Source: the human T2T-CHM13v2.0 reference genome, Homo sapiens
Direction: 5' to 3' (one strand)
Assembly: GCF_009914755.1 (NCBI RefSeq)
Contig: NC_060930.1
Length of the DNA stretch: 64,000 bases
Positions 16,163-35,964 of the stretch are shown here, in pieces (the first letter of the stretch is position 1; each line of letters opens with the position of its first letter). The notes beneath the pieces are model-generated. The model worked only from the letters and a program-made list of their open reading frames with translations, was not told the DNA's origin and did not search any database. The translations under genes were made by a program, and so were the position numbers.

Positions 16163-16431
16163 GAAATTGCGAAGGGATTATCCCTCCAAAATCTTGATGA
16201 ACCTGAGCACAGCCCTGCTGTTCCTGAATCTCCTCTTCCTCCTAGATGGCTGGATCACCTCCTTCAATGTGGATGGACTTTGCATTGCTGTTGCAGTCCT
16301 GTTGCATTTCTTCCTTCTGGCAACCTTTACCTGGATGGGGCTAGAAGCAATTCACATGTACATTGCTCTAGTTAAAGTATTTAACACTTACATTCGCCGA
16401 TACATTCTAAAATTCTGCATCATTGGCTGGG
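16163..16431 (+). CDS. ADGRG6: ADGRG6 coding exon ([14 protein letters not shown]...KFCIIGW; TM2-TM4)
   Basis: ORF 16167..16511; [19 protein letters not shown]3 motif; ttttag/gtaagc; 269 nt. Confidence 0.96.
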
Positions 16432-17440
16432 GTAAGCCTCTTAAAATTTTTTTGGTTTTGTTTTTCCCTCATGAAAATTGCCAGATTCTCATAGGAAAAA
16501 ATCTTATTTAAAAAAAAATAGTACCATTAAGAGGAACCTCAAAATTGTGAATGGCATGGATTAGATATACATAGCCTAAGGAAGGGACATCTTCACAACT
16601 TTATTTTTTAAAACTCATCAACAGCACTCACTATATACACGAGTAAAGGAAAAGCCCTCACTCCCTGAGTCACCACAAACTTATTTCCTGAGCCCAGAGC
16701 CAGCCCACCCAAGTCTGAAGAAGCAGCTGGCAGGCAGTGATGTCTTTTCCATGATGCTTTAAAATACAAAGGCCAGCTCAGACGGCTAGTTACACTCATC
16801 CCCAGACACATGCCTATGTCTTGGAAACCAGAGAAAGAATGTTATTCTTGCGTGTGCAACCAGAATACTTATAGGATTATTGCCTTGAACTTTTTGTAAT
16901 AACATGAGTCCTCAGTCAGACATAGGTGGTTGTATTAACCTGTTTGAGATCTTCTATTGTGCTCCCTTATTTTTGCAGGCTTCATATTGAGCCAGGCATT
17001 TTAGAGCTTTCTCACAGATCTGTTTCAGATGGAAATATAAGTGAGAGATATTTTCAAGACCTTCAAAACCACCTCAGGAGGCAATAAGCACACTCTTCAG
17101 AGACCTGGGATGCCTGCCATAGCATTTCCCCACTGAAATATACATGGAAATACTTTATTCAATCTCTGGGGAGAGAAGGCTACAAAGACTTTATAGCCCC
17201 CTTGCTTTTCCTCCACTTTTTCTAAAGAGTTTTCTTTATATAGAAGGAGGCAAAATAGGCTGTAATGACCTTGTCTGCCTAAACTCTGCCAGTCTAACAA
17301 GGCTTAATTAATGAAACCACATTCACTAGTGCTAGATTTGATACAAATCAGGTTTAGTTTTCCAGTGAGTCCCACTAAGCAAACAGAATTTTATTTAAAT
17401 ATCTGTCATTTAAGAGTAGGTTTGGATTGTTGCCAGTTAG

Positions 17441-17737
<297 letters not shown>

Positions 17738-18379
17738 TAAGTAATAAAAACTTTTTGTGATGAGTAGATATCCTTTGTTTCCTGAAGTTTAGCATTAATT
17801 TCCATGCCAATAACAAGGCTTTCATTTTAAAAGGTTGATGTTTATTCACATGACTGCCAAAATCTCTGCTACACCACAGATTAATTCAGTTGAATGCCCT
17901 GAAATGTTTGAGACACTTTTTCATATTAACATTGTACTCTGTCATATGGAGGAATTGAGAAAATGCCTAAGACAGTTTTTTAGCCTCAGAAGACCCATTC
18001 TATTTCAGAAGATTTCATAACACTCTCACCTCCTCAAACCCACCCACGTCTTCAAGAGAGTTAAATAGCAGTATCAGACAGAGAGTGAATGATTCATTGC
18101 CAATGGGAGTGTTAGGTAGAAATTTAGAGAATGGAGAAATCAGCATGTTCTTAAACAATTTCAAAAGTTCTCTTCAGATTGTGAGATCATTGAGATTAAG
18201 GGTTTTATATTGTTCAGTTTGGGCAGTTACCGATCTCCTATTTTATTAGTCCACCATGGGTACTCAATAAATATATGTTGATTGAAAAAATTACTGAATG
18301 AATAAAGAGCCTATTTCTGAAATGGGACCCATCATGCCACATATCTATGCATATCTCATGGATGGATAACATTTACATC

Positions 18380-18685
18380 GGCTGGGCGCAGTGGCTTACA
18401 CCTATAATCCCAGCACTTTAGGAGGCCGAGCTGGGTATATCACCTGAGGTCAGAAGTTTGAGATCAGCCTGGCCAACATGGCGAAACCCCATCTCTATTA
18501 AAAATACAAAAATTAGCTGGGCATGGTGGTGCATAGCTATAATCCCAGCTACTACTCGGGAGGCTGAGGCAGGAGAATCATTTGAATCTGGGAGGCGGAA
18601 GTTGCAGTGAGCCAAGATTGCACCATGAACTCCAGCCTGGGCAACAGAGTGAGACTCCATCTAAAAAAAAAAAAAAAAAAAAAAA
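18380..18685 (+). mobile_element. Alu (S family), full length
   Basis: ggctgggcgcagtggc... dimer with A23 tail; partial TSD ca(t/c)ttacatc. Confidence 0.92.
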
Positions 18686-20077
18686 CCCACTTACATCCAA
18701 TCACTTATCCAATCTCTGTCCCATTTCTTCACAGTCTTGCCATCTCTTATATTTGTAAAGTGGCACTCAAAAGACCCCACAAGAACTAGGGAAAAATAAT
18801 GGGGCTAGGTGAGGAATTCCAGAATTTTAGAAGAACTTCTGTGTGTAAAAGAAACGTTAGCTCTAGGGACAAGCAACATTATTCCAGGGACATTTATAAC
18901 AACATACATTAAAAGTAGAAATTAATAAATAATTTCTAAATAAGAGAATTTTAGAAGTATGTTCATCAACTCATACAGAACTTTAAAGTACCATTTAGTA
19001 AACTGCTATACCATTAGGACATTTCATTTATTGATAATTTACTGTATGCCAGAATCATGTTAGTTTCTAGAATTCAAAGATGTGCAGGACAGCTTTTGCC
19101 TTTGTGGAGGTTATGTTCCAACATGGAAGATATGGCCCAGAATAATAACCATTTGTGCTAGAATTTCAAGATGAATTTAGTTGCTTTAAATCATTTATTC
19201 AATTTTTGAGGTGTCTTAAGAATTCCTATAGCGTCGATTAGGCACTAGGACATCTACAAATTATATTATTTGACAACTTTGCATATAGTACAGTTTTAAA
19301 ATTTCTTTAATCTACTATCCAATATATATATTATAAGTATCAAGTATCTTCTTCTCCATGTCACTGGGATATTTTGTAATCATTGTAAGCTACGTAATTG
19401 TGCATGACAACCATCTGTATATTAATCTCAATTATAAGGTCTTGCCTCATCTACAGCAATGATATTAGTAGTAATTATTTTGCCACAGTAACAAACTCAC
19501 AACTAGTTGTGACTTAAGTGAGTAGGAGTTTACTCTTTGCACATGACAAGAAACATGGTAGTGGCAATCACTGGCATGGATTTTGTGGCTAAAAATGTCA
19601 GGGCCAACAACTCTGCAGCAGGCTTGACCTCTCTGTCATTGGACAGAAGATGCTGGCTGCGGCTCCATAGCTCACTTGCACGTTTGAAGCAGGAAGAAGG
19701 AATAAGGACCTTGCCAGTTGAGTCTACCACTAATAGCTCTTCCAAAAATCCTTTGGCAGACTTCTACTTCCATATCACTTTATAAAACGATGTCATACAG
19801 CCACTCCTTAAATACAAAGGAGACCAAAAATTAGTTTTTAAATTTCCCATTCTCAGTGTACAGGCACCCAAAAGAAAAGGAGGTTAGACATGGCTTGGAA
19901 CAAGTCAGCCAAGAGTGTTTTCATATCAACTCAGAAATCAGGAAGCAACCTTGTCTTCTTTGTAATATTGGCTTACCTAGATATTAAGACAATGGCCATC
20001 CAAAAACAAATGAACAAAAGACCTATGAAGAGATTGAAGAAGAAACTGAGGTCCAAGGAAGTAAAGTGGCTTTCTAA

Positions 20078-20488
<411 letters not shown>

Positions 20489-22538
20489 TGAATAGTCTCT
20501 GCTTTCTAATTTTGTCATATTTGCAAGCAGCTTCACTTTTGGACAGATGCCATGTTAAGTTTCTGTGTCACTATTTCAAGTGCTGAATATAGTTCCATGT
20601 GCAGTGTGGTCACTTGTTAAAAGGGTCTTGAATAGATAAATGAGGTAGAATGTTAGTTTTGCCTTTTTATCAGTGGTATATGCCAAGCACCTAGAACACT
20701 GTACCTGGCAGATAGTAGGTACTCCATAAATGCATATTATTTCATGAATGAATATGGAGCAAGGGAAGTATCTAGCTGAGAACCAAACGGGGAGTTTAAA
20801 GGGATGCACAGACAAGTTACCTTCTTCACAGTTTTGCTGAATGTTGGTCCTCTTCATACATCCTGTCCCCTGAAGATTTACCGTTGATGGCCAGAAGAAT
20901 TTTTAGAGTCTATGTAAGAACAGTAGCAGTTCACCTTGATTTTTTGGGTCCTTTGATTTCAGAATAAATACCAACACTCTAGTTCAGGAACTTTTATCTT
21001 TTTATGAGAAATGTTGAACATTTCACAGTTAGTTCAACAATTCAACAAACATTTGTCAATGGTCTGCTTTGCATAAAAATACCAGGCTTCCTTCAAAGAG
21101 CTTGCAGTCATACCTCTTATTCCATAATACATACCATAGTATACTCTATAATAAATTTAACTTTTAAGCTTAAGGGAATATAAATTGTCTTTTTAGATCA
21201 TTAAATGGAATTCTTTAAGATTTTGAATATACCCTGTACTGTTGATGAAACTCCTTAGTGTGCAGAAGCACCATGAGGCCAACACTCTAAAAGAAATTAG
21301 AATGCTTGGAATGTTTCTGAGTAGAGCAGTGCAAATGGCTTAACTGAAGCTATTGGTCTTGCAGTTGTAGATGTCTGGGGAAGAAATTGCTGAATATATC
21401 TGAGCTGGGGTGGAAAGCAGATTTGTATTACTCACCAAATGAGGTGCCAAGGTGGGTACTCCCTGCAAGTGTGTTTTAAGAAAGTCTGTAGTTATCTGCA
21501 GGGGAGAGTTGGTTACTGCTTATCTCCCATGCTCTTCCACTAGCTTGTGAAGTGCAAAATAATTGTCACATGGTAGGTGCTTAATGATTGGTAAATTAAT
21601 GGATTGCTAGATGGAGAAAGAGGCTTTGGGGATGGCCTATTCCAATCTGAGATGCCTCTGGCATAAATATGTATTAACTAGTTCAGCAAATTTTATTCAG
21701 GTTCATTGTCTTATAACAAAGGAAGTATGTAGGCTCATTATCTTTAGTCCATAGAATAAGCCTCAAGTGCAACTCCAAAAATTGGAAAATGAGTATGTAG
21801 CATATAAATACATCTTTATTGGGATCTAGCTTTATAAAGTGAGTATTCCTCTATTTAATCTCTTCTATAATATACAACATAAAAGTGCTTAAATAAATAT
21901 TGACAAAAGTATCCATTAACATTAGAAATTCCATGGTTTCATATTTCAGGATTGTATATAAAAGGCACATTGATCTGCCAGCCCAGCCTTGGTTTTGCTT
22001 TTAGAATTTCCTGGCAGTTTCAGTAACCTTCAACAGCTACAGTTGTCTGTTCAGCTCTGTTTCCATTAATGAGAATTGGGATGTTTTATTTTTCCCAGCA
22101 TGGGTCCCCTGTCAGGAGGGAAAAATGTTGTAAACCATCATCAACTCAGTGTTCTTCATAAATCACTGACTTTTAAGACTAATTTTAAATCATATAAATT
22201 CAGAACAGATTTCAGCACATTTAATTATATTAAAACACCTCCCAGAAAGAAAATTTAAATTAAAAGGCAGTGATACAGAGCACATGAGTCTACCAACAAT
22301 TGCTTGCTGCCCAGGCTTGTGCCAAAACTTCTTAGGATGCTATGGAAATTTACTTAATGGTTTTTATTGTTGAGTCATTTTCAGAACCTTCCAAGAGAGG
22401 CTTTGTTGTTAGCAGTATATGCTTTGTTAAAAGAAGCATGTAGAATTTAGACAGCTTAAAGAAATGATTCAGTGAATGCAAAATGAACTCAGGTAGTAAG
22501 GAGGCAAACTACATTATATCTAATTTTTTCTCTTTTTT

Positions 22539-25750
<3,212 letters not shown>

Positions 25751-26066
25751 ATGCTGCTACAAAATACTCATCATTGATTTGCTCATTAAACTCTTACTTT
25801 TCTAGAATGATTCGAGTAAGAAGTCTTCTTGTTAATACAATATTATAGTTAATGGATGCCTATCATTACAATATTTAACAATGGCTAAAGCTTTAGAATG
25901 CAGAGCAACATCCTGAAAGCTAAAACTGTGCTAAACATATTTTAGTCCCTTTTAGATTTAGCTTGCAGGGAGGCACCTTAAAGTCAGCAGGGTCACCATG
26001 TAATGTTATGGAGGCGGGATGTGTGGGAGCATGTGTTTGAGCTGGGTCTGCTGTGGCATCAGGGCA

Positions 26067-28369
26067 TGTATTAGTTCATTTTCACACTGCTGATAAACAT
26101 ATACCAGAGACTGGGCAATTTACAAAACAAAGAGCTTTAATTGGACTTACAGTTCCACGTGACTGGGGAAGCCTCACAATCATGGCGGGAAGCAAGGAGG
26201 AGCAAATCAAATCTTATGTAGGTGGCGGTAGGCAAAGAGAGAGTTTGTGCAGAAAAACTCCCATTTTTAAACGCATTAGATCTTGTGAGATTCATTTACT
26301 ATCACGATAACAGCCCAGGAAAGACTTGCCCCCATAATTCAATCACCTTCCACTGGGTTCCTCCCATGATGTGTGGGAATTGTGGGAGTTACAATTCAAG
26401 ATGAGACTTGGGTGGGAACACAGCCAAACCATATTATTCAACCCCTGGCCCCTCCCAGATCTCATGTCCTCACATTTCAAAACCAATTATGCCTTCCCAA
26501 CAGTCCCCCAAAGTCTTAACTCATTTCAGCATTAACTCAAAAGTCCACAGTCCTACGTCTCATCTGAGACAAGGCAAGTCCCTTCCACCTGTGAGCCTGT
26601 AAAATCAAAAGCAAGTTAATTACTTCCTAGATACAATGGGGGTACAGGCATTGAGTAAATACTGCTGTTGCAATGGGAGAAATTGGCCAAAATAAAGGGG
26701 CTACAGGCCCAGTGCAAGTCCAGAATCCAGCAGGGCAGTCAAATCTTAAGATTCCAAAATCATCTCCTTCGACTCCATATCTCACATCTGGGTCACACTG
26801 ATGCAAGAGGTGGGTTCCCATGGTCTTGGGCAGCTCCATCCTTGTGGCTTTGCAGGGTATAGCCTCCCTCACAGCTGCTTTCACAGGCTGACATTGAGTG
26901 TCTGTGACTTTTCCAGGCACACAGTGCAAGCTGTTGGTGGATCTACCATTCTGGGATCTGGAAGATGGTGGCCCTCTTCTCACAGCTCCACTAGATGGCA
27001 CCCCAGTAGGGACTCTGTGTGGGGCCCAGACCACACATTTCCCTCTGTACTGCCCTAGCGGAGGTTCTCCATGAGGGCCTCACCCCTGCAGCAAACTTTT
27101 GTCTGGGCATCCAAGCATTTCATCTTCTGAAATCTAGGCGGAGGTTCCCAAACCTCAATTCTTGACTTCTGTGCACCCACAGGCTCAACACCATATGGAA
27201 GCTGCCAAGGCTTTGGGCTTCCACCCTCTGAAGCAACAGCCTGAGCTGTACCTTGGACTCTTAGTGGCAGCTGGATCAGCTGGGACACAGGTCACCAAGT
27301 CCCTAGACTGTACAAAGCATGGGGACTCTGAGCCTGACCCATGAAACCACTTTTTCCTCCTAGGCCTCCAGGTCTGTGATGGGAAGGGCTACTGCAAAGA
27401 TCTCTGACATGACCTGGAGACATTTTCACCATTGTCTTGATGTTTAACATTTGGCTACTCATTATGTATGCAAATTTCTGCAGCTGGCTTAAATTTCACC
27501 TCAGAAAATGGCATTATCTTTTATATACCATTGTCAGGCTGCAAATTTTCCAAACTTTAATGCTCTGTTTCCCTTTTGAAACTGAATGATTTTAACAGCA
27601 CTCAGGTCATCTGTTGAATGTTTTGTTGCTTAGAAATTTCTTCTACCAGATACCCTAAATCATCCCTCTCAAGTTCAAAGTTCCGCAAATCTCTAGGGTG
27701 GGATCAAAATGCCGCCAGACTCTTTGCTAAAACACAAGAGTCACCTTTGCCCCAGTTCTCAACAAGTTCCTCATCTCCATGAGACCACCTCAGCCTTGAC
27801 CTTATTGTCCATATCACTATCAACGTTTTTATCAAAGCCATTAAGTAAGTCTCTAGGAAGTTTCAAACTTTCCTACATTTTCCTGTCTTCTTCTGAGCCC
27901 TCCAAACTGTTCCAACCTCTGTCTGTTACCCAGTTCCCAAGTTGCTTCCACATATTTGGGTATCTTTTCAGCAGCACCATACTTCTGGTACCAATTTACT
28001 GTATTAGTCTGTTTTCACACTACGGATAAACACATACCCAAAACTGGGCCGTTTATAAAAGAAAGAGGTTTAATTGCACTTACAGTTCCATGTGACTGGG
28101 GAAGCCTCACAATCAGGGCGGAGGGCAAGAAGGAGGAAATGACATCTTATGTGGATGGCAGCAGGCAAAGAGAGAGCTTGTAAAGAAAAACTCCCATTTT
28201 TAAAATCATCAGGTCTTGTGAGACTCATTCACTATCACGAGAACAGCCCAGGAAAAACCTGCACCCATAATTCAATCACCTCCTACCAGGTTCCTCTCAC
28301 GGTGTGTGAGAATTGTGGGAGTTACAATTCAAGATGAGATTTGGGTGGGGACACAGCCAAACCATATCA
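26067..28369 (-). mobile_element. Full-length THE1A-like MaLR element (LTRs 26067-26436 and 28000-28369; internal 26437-27999)
   Basis: Two 370-bp direct LTRs (tgtattagt...aaaccatatca); THE1-int sequence; TSD GGGCA/GGACA. Confidence 0.92.
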
Positions 28370-28848
28370 GGACATATACATCCAAGGAATGACTTTTGAT
28401 AGATTTCTTGTCACATTTGTTTATTTCTTCAAAACTTTGGCTCAAGCATGTTAAAAACTCCATTTAATCTTTCAGGATTTTTGGAAATGTATGAAGGGGT
28501 ATGTGTTTATAAACACATATACATGTGTAATTATATGGGTACTCACATAAATTTGAAGAGTCTATCTATAAAATTTTATATATGCTTTATTTTTATTTTT
28601 TATTTGTATGTTTTATATTTTTATTTCTAGCATGTATTTTTATTTTTATGTACACTTATAACTGTATAATTTAATTGCCAAAAATTATGTTAAATGGGTA
28701 TCAGAAAATTGTTACTATCTGTTTGATTATAAAAATTTTACCTACTTAAATAAGCAAATGACATCATGAATTGAATCAAGGCTGAAACCAAATTTATTAT
28801 TTTCTAATTATCCACAGGATAATGCTTTGGTCTTTTAATTTTACTAAC

Positions 28849-29217
28849 AGTATTAGTTTTCACACTGCTATATAGAACTTCCTTGAGACTGGGTAATTTA
28901 TAAAGGGAAGAGGTTTAATTGACTCACAGTTCCATATGGCTGGGGAGGCCTCGGGAAACTTACAATCATGGCAGCATGGGGAGCAGGCACATCTTACATG
29001 GTGGCAGGCAAGAGAGAGCATGTGAAGGAGGAACTGCCAAACATTTATAAAAGCATTAAATCTCATGAGAACTCACTCACTATCACAAGAACAGCATGGG
29101 GGAACCATCCCCATGATCCAGTCACCTCCCATCAGTTCCCTCCGTTGACATTTGGGGATTATGGGGATTACAATTCAAGATGAGATTTGGGTGGGGACAC
29201 AAAGCCAAACCATATCA
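28849..29217 (-). mobile_element. THE1D-like solo LTR
   Basis: gtattag...gagactgggtaatttataaag...gatgagatttgggtggggacac...aaaccatatca. Confidence 0.85.
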
Positions 29218-30137
29218 CCTACTTAATTTAAGTTACAGAGTAAACATTTTGTTGATTTTTTTCCTGCAAAAATTAAAAGATAAGTGTACCTTCTCTTAAC
29301 ATAGTTGAATTACATGTCTATCTGCTTTTGCTATTTTTGCTGTTTTCCAGGATAAAACAGGCATATCACTGTATTGAAATTTTAAATTTTTTCTGAAGAA
29401 TACAAGCAGAAAATTTTGTGGTATACAAATTGCTATGCAGCAGAGAATATTCTACTTCCATTCAAAAAAGAGCTGTTACTAACTATACATTAAATGAGTA
29501 GAGGATAGTTTAATCTCTTACCCTTATTCAGTGTTAAGTAATTTAGAGAAATGCGTATTATTATTATAGTATTGGTAAACTAAGAAAATTAAGTCAAAGT
29601 ATGAGGTGAAATATGCCAAATATCAATGAAGTGTCCCTTGCCACTGGAGGCTGAGGTTAGGAGCCTCATGAAAGTTGAGCTGTTACATAATTACATGTAT
29701 AATACACATATTGAATTGGTGCCAAGGTAAAGAGATGACCCACCAATTCAGTCCCTCACAAGTGAAACATCAGCTTGGCTGAGACATTACACGCTGCAAG
29801 GAAATAAATTACTCACTCTTTGGCAGGGCATTTTGTGCCACAGAGAAATAATTTTCTAAAGGGCACCTTGGTAGTATGAAAGGAGGATTTAAGAAGTTTC
29901 CAGAGAGAGCCATAAACCCTTGAAGATCCCCAGCCCCATAGCCAGCTGACTGTGTCTGTGTGACAACTGAAAACAGGAGCTGTTTAAAGATTTGGACACA
30001 GGCTACTAAGGATGCTCAGAGGTCATCTAGACTAATTTGGTCAAAAATCAGTGGTACCTAGAGTGTGTGGCCACTTCTTCTCAAATATCTGCTGTAACTA
30101 GTTCTTGACCAGTTTTTCCCACCAAAACTCCAGAACT

Positions 30138-30450
<313 letters not shown>

Positions 30451-32010
30451 CCTGCCAGAGTATGTTATGCTCATGACCTGATTAAAACACCAGTCATTAC
30501 TACCCACTCTAATGCCATCTCACATCCCTGAAGTTATCTATATCTGCAAGTCTTCCCTTTAATTGTATTTCTGGATATTTATTATCCGAGGGAAGAAAAA
30601 GTCAACTTAGAATATTTATCCAGTTTATTGATGATAATTCTGCTGAAAGTGTCAGTGGCCTTTAGTTGTTGAAGAACTCTAAGAGATGAGGACCCAAGGT
30701 TGTCTGTTTCCCCCCACTCTACCTAGATGCTTCAAAGGGACTTTTTAGAGCACCAAGTAAATGACAATATGCATTGCCTCGAATTTTACTGTATAGTAGT
30801 ATCCAAGGAAACTCTTTCTAGAAATTCTTTAACTTTTGATAACCAGAAAGATATGAGAACATCCCTTTGGCTACTGATTTTACATTTGCCCCCAGAAAGC
30901 CATGGATCATAGCCTGAAACAAGCAAAAGGAATGAGTTCTATGTGGGAGCCAAATTTCTAGCCTAAATATCTAAGTGTATCTTTTTCCCCCGAATAGTTA
31001 AATAGCTCTAACAAGACCAAGGTTAAACACAACCCCATATAGTCTACAGTAAATATAATGCCAATACTTAGAAATAGGTGTATTATTATTTTTCAAACAT
31101 GCTACTTGATTGTGTTCTCTGGTAGATGAAAGGATTAGATATCAAAAGTTAAATTCACTACTTGAGATTTTTCAGAATGTTTCTCACTCCAAGTTTTGAA
31201 AACCTTCTTGGCTGCTTATTCACCATCTTCCTTCACTATATTTGCTGAGCCAGCCTTGGCCCGTAGGAGTCTTTCTCTAGGAGTATTAGACAAGTTGGCA
31301 TTTGATAAATTTTCTGTCCTAACAACCCCCGTAGGCCCACTTTCAGCACTTGTGTGTTACTTGCAACACCCTTTCTCCATTACAATTAAAATGTTATTTA
31401 TTTTAAATGAGGAAATTGCAAATTTTACTGAGAATTAAAACATTTTCAATTCACAATTACAGTTTTTTTTTTTTAAAGCTAAGCATATATCTCTGATTAG
31501 TGAAAGATGGAAGTGAAATGAAGGCAGGACTAAGGATGGGATGAAAGTTTTGGGAGCTGATTAGGAATCTGCTCATTTAACAAGCATGAAGGTTTTTTTC
31601 CTTATTGTTCTAGCATGGAATGGATTCTTAAAGAATCAAGGCAGTTATCAAGCTGAAGAAACTTAATTCTAAGGAATTTTGGCTTGGATTCTCCAGAGTG
31701 GTAGTTTTCCAGGCTAAAATGCACCAAAAAAGGTCTATCATGAGCTCCCTTTTGTGATACATGAAGGTTTCTTGAAACTGGCACTAGCTTTTCAGGATGA
31801 TGTAAAAGCTTTAACTCTGCATTCAGTCTTTTGGGCCATTTTATTTCTACCTTTTATGGGCAATGTTAAATAAAGCTTCAAGTACTATGAAGAATAAAAC
31901 CTGATTGTCCTGGTCCCAGTCACATCTTAATGCTCTTTCCAGAAAGCTAGAACAGCATATTCTTCCTAGGTGGTATGAAGATTAGCAAAGGGAAAAAAAT
32001 GATAGAAAGA

Positions 32011-32326
<316 letters not shown>

Positions 32327-34110
32327 TCAAACAGATTTTCTTGGTTGTCAACACAGAACTCTATTAAAGTTTGTGATTTTAGTCCTGCTTCTGACACCGA
32401 GATCTATAAGTAGATGGAGGAAAAACAAAAACAAAAACAAAAAACCCTCAACCTCAGAATTTAAGAGGTAATAGCCATGTTTTCTCACAGTAGCCTCCAG
32501 GTGCCCTTGGCTCTCTGGCTTCATTTCTACTGCTCCTTCCTGAAGTGTTCAGAATTTCTTTCCATATTGCTTGTGTGCACTGTTACAGATCCAGATGCCT
32601 GCCACACTGCCCACTACTGAACTGTGAAAGGGCTATTTTGTCCTGGAGGAATTTTGGTATAATATTTATTGCCAGACTAACTTAAATTCATGGGAAAAGG
32701 GCTAGTGACTACAAATAGTAAAATAACCTGTTATGAGAATCCTATTCTTATTTAAAATAGAAATGAATCTCAAGATTATAGGATTCACCATATATATATT
32801 ATAAATACAATACCTTAAAATTTAAAATATATTCATTCCTAAGAATTCTAATTTGTTACGCTTATTATGTAATTTTGTTCCATAGCGTCACAATTCATAG
32901 TGGAAGGTAGAACATTTAAATGACTTCTCCTCTCCAGTGTTTCCAAAAATTATTGAGTGCCTGTATATTTACAGACCACAATGGTTACTTAAAAATAGGC
33001 AATGTCATTTAATGTTATATAATTATGATATAGGGCAGCACTATACAATCTAAAAAATTGTTTTATTAAGTCAGTCTTATCTTTAACTTTATCCTCTCTG
33101 GCTGTGCTTAGCATTTGATTCTCAGAATAATTCACATTTTACTACCCCAACAAGGCTAAGAAACTGAATCTGTGACCTCGTTCTTTTCTGATGTCCTCAA
33201 AACACCAGACACAACCTCTGAATGTTTTTTCCAGGATATATAGCATACAGAAAGACTACTAAGGTTACAAAAGAATAATAGAGTATTAAGGGAAGCAACA
33301 TTCAGCAATTTTTCTTTCTACCCAGAACTAAAAATCATTTGCTAAATGTGAGGCCCTCTAACGAATAATACCTGGGTTAATGCTTAGGAACAAAAGACCT
33401 TCGTTGAAGTTTATATTCCCCTCCAGCTCTAAAATGTGACTCTGTTAAACAATTGTTTAAGAATACACAGTTACTTATATTTCTAGCTGTGTGACAAAAA
33501 TACCTCCAAGAACAAATTCTGGAAATTCTGACCCCGTTAAGGGAACATAGAGTAAGCTGAGACAATGTGGACTTCCTTCTCTGGAGCTGCAGCCTCCGTC
33601 ATCTGTAGCCTCTATTTACCTTACCTCAGGCTTCCTTCAGTCCACTCTACTCTGTAACTGCCACCCTCTCTTCAAAACTTAAAAGAATCTAGTAACCAAT
33701 TCGAATTATTTATACACTTTTGCTTATTCAAAGTGCTGGTGGTACAAAGTGTATTTGCTTATTGAAAGGATTGACTGTATTGGCAACCTGATTAGGGAAT
33801 GTGGTAGGTATGGAAAGGCTTTAAAAAGCAATGAGATTTAGTCATGTAGAGTGTGAGGATGAAATCCTAACCGAATGATATCTATTCCGTACTTCCTGGG
33901 AAGGAGGATCAGCCTGCAAAGCCTGCTCTGAGGGATTCTGAGTATAGAAGAAAATCTTTCCTTACTCTGAGATTTGTAATGCCCTGACACAGGCCAGGAC
34001 AGTGTGCAGCCAGTGCCCTCTCCAACTCTTCCTCCCCAACCTGGAGCACAGGGACCTTCACGAGGTGCTTGTTTGCTTTCTAAATAATTGAAATTGATTG
34101 ATATTTATTA

Positions 34111-34435
<325 letters not shown>

Positions 34436-34694
34436 CTTCTCTACCCTATCTGATATAACATTTCAAAGAAATAGATCATTAGGATTTATTTCCTTTACAA
34501 ATTACTTCATTACCAATAAAGTATTAGTAATAAATTATATAATAAATAAAATCATATTTTATTTATATAAATATATAACCATATATTAATATCAAATAAC
34601 ATAATAGTAATAATAAATATAATGCACTATTACTTAGGTCATTGCATGCCTTATTCATACCTCTCAGAGATCAACATATTTAAATTTCCCAGAA

Positions 34695-34988
<294 letters not shown>

Positions 34989-35964
34989 CTGAAGAACTTT
35001 TTATGGGCTGGTCATCTACTTGAAATCAATGACCAAATATAGTCAGTACTTTCATAGTGGCATTTTTCTGCAAGTCAAAATATGTAATGATTCTTCAGTA
35101 ATTTAAATAGGAATTTATAGACAGCACCTATTAAGTATCAGGGCTTGTGCTCAGTTGCTAATCACCAAACAACAAGCTAAACCTAGAGGAGAATCAGCCT
35201 AGTCATTTTACTGTGATCAGGACCCATCATGTAGAAATTAAGCTCCTTTTCTATAATAACATTTGCTAATAATGTAATTTATTCTGAAAACTAAGGGCCG
35301 CTTTGAATCTTCGTATTAAAAAATAAAACATGTAAGCATAACCTTAGACTTATTTTGCAAATTTATGCAAACAGTACTCTAAAGAGAGTACTGTTAAGAC
35401 TTTTTCCCACTTTTTCCATTGTACAAGCTGCAATGTAGTTTTCTTGATGAATACTCCATATTCAAAAGGAACATATAAGTTTTAATGATCCCTTAAAAGG
35501 ACTGTCATAAGTTTTACATTTATGCCATTCCATACTAGACCCTTTGTTCCATGAATACAAGGATTGCCTACCTGGTTCACCATTGAATCTCCAACTCCTA
35601 AAACACAGTGCCTCCTGCTTAGCAGCGCTTAATAAATTGTCACTGAATCAATTACCCTTCCTGGAAACTTCCCTCACTTCCCTACTGAACTTAAGGTTCA
35701 GTTCAAGCGCTAGATCCCCTAAAAAGCCCTCCCTTATGTAGATATACTGCTTAATGTTTTACTGGGACACAACCTCAGCAACTTATTTGCATGCTTTTCA
35801 GAAACTTTTTCCTTAAATATGTTTTCTTTTCATTCCTATTACCTCTTAATTTGACCGCTCAGTCCTATTTTTAACCTCCACGTCTCCAAACACATTTAAC
35901 ACATTAGAGTATACATGTAAGCATTCAATTAACTCATGTAGACTACATGATTGATTGATCTTGG

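Noticed and set aside
26627-28337. Cluster of ORFs inside THE1-int (also 62601-63444)
   Set aside because: Decayed MaLR internal sequence with many frameshifts; not host genes
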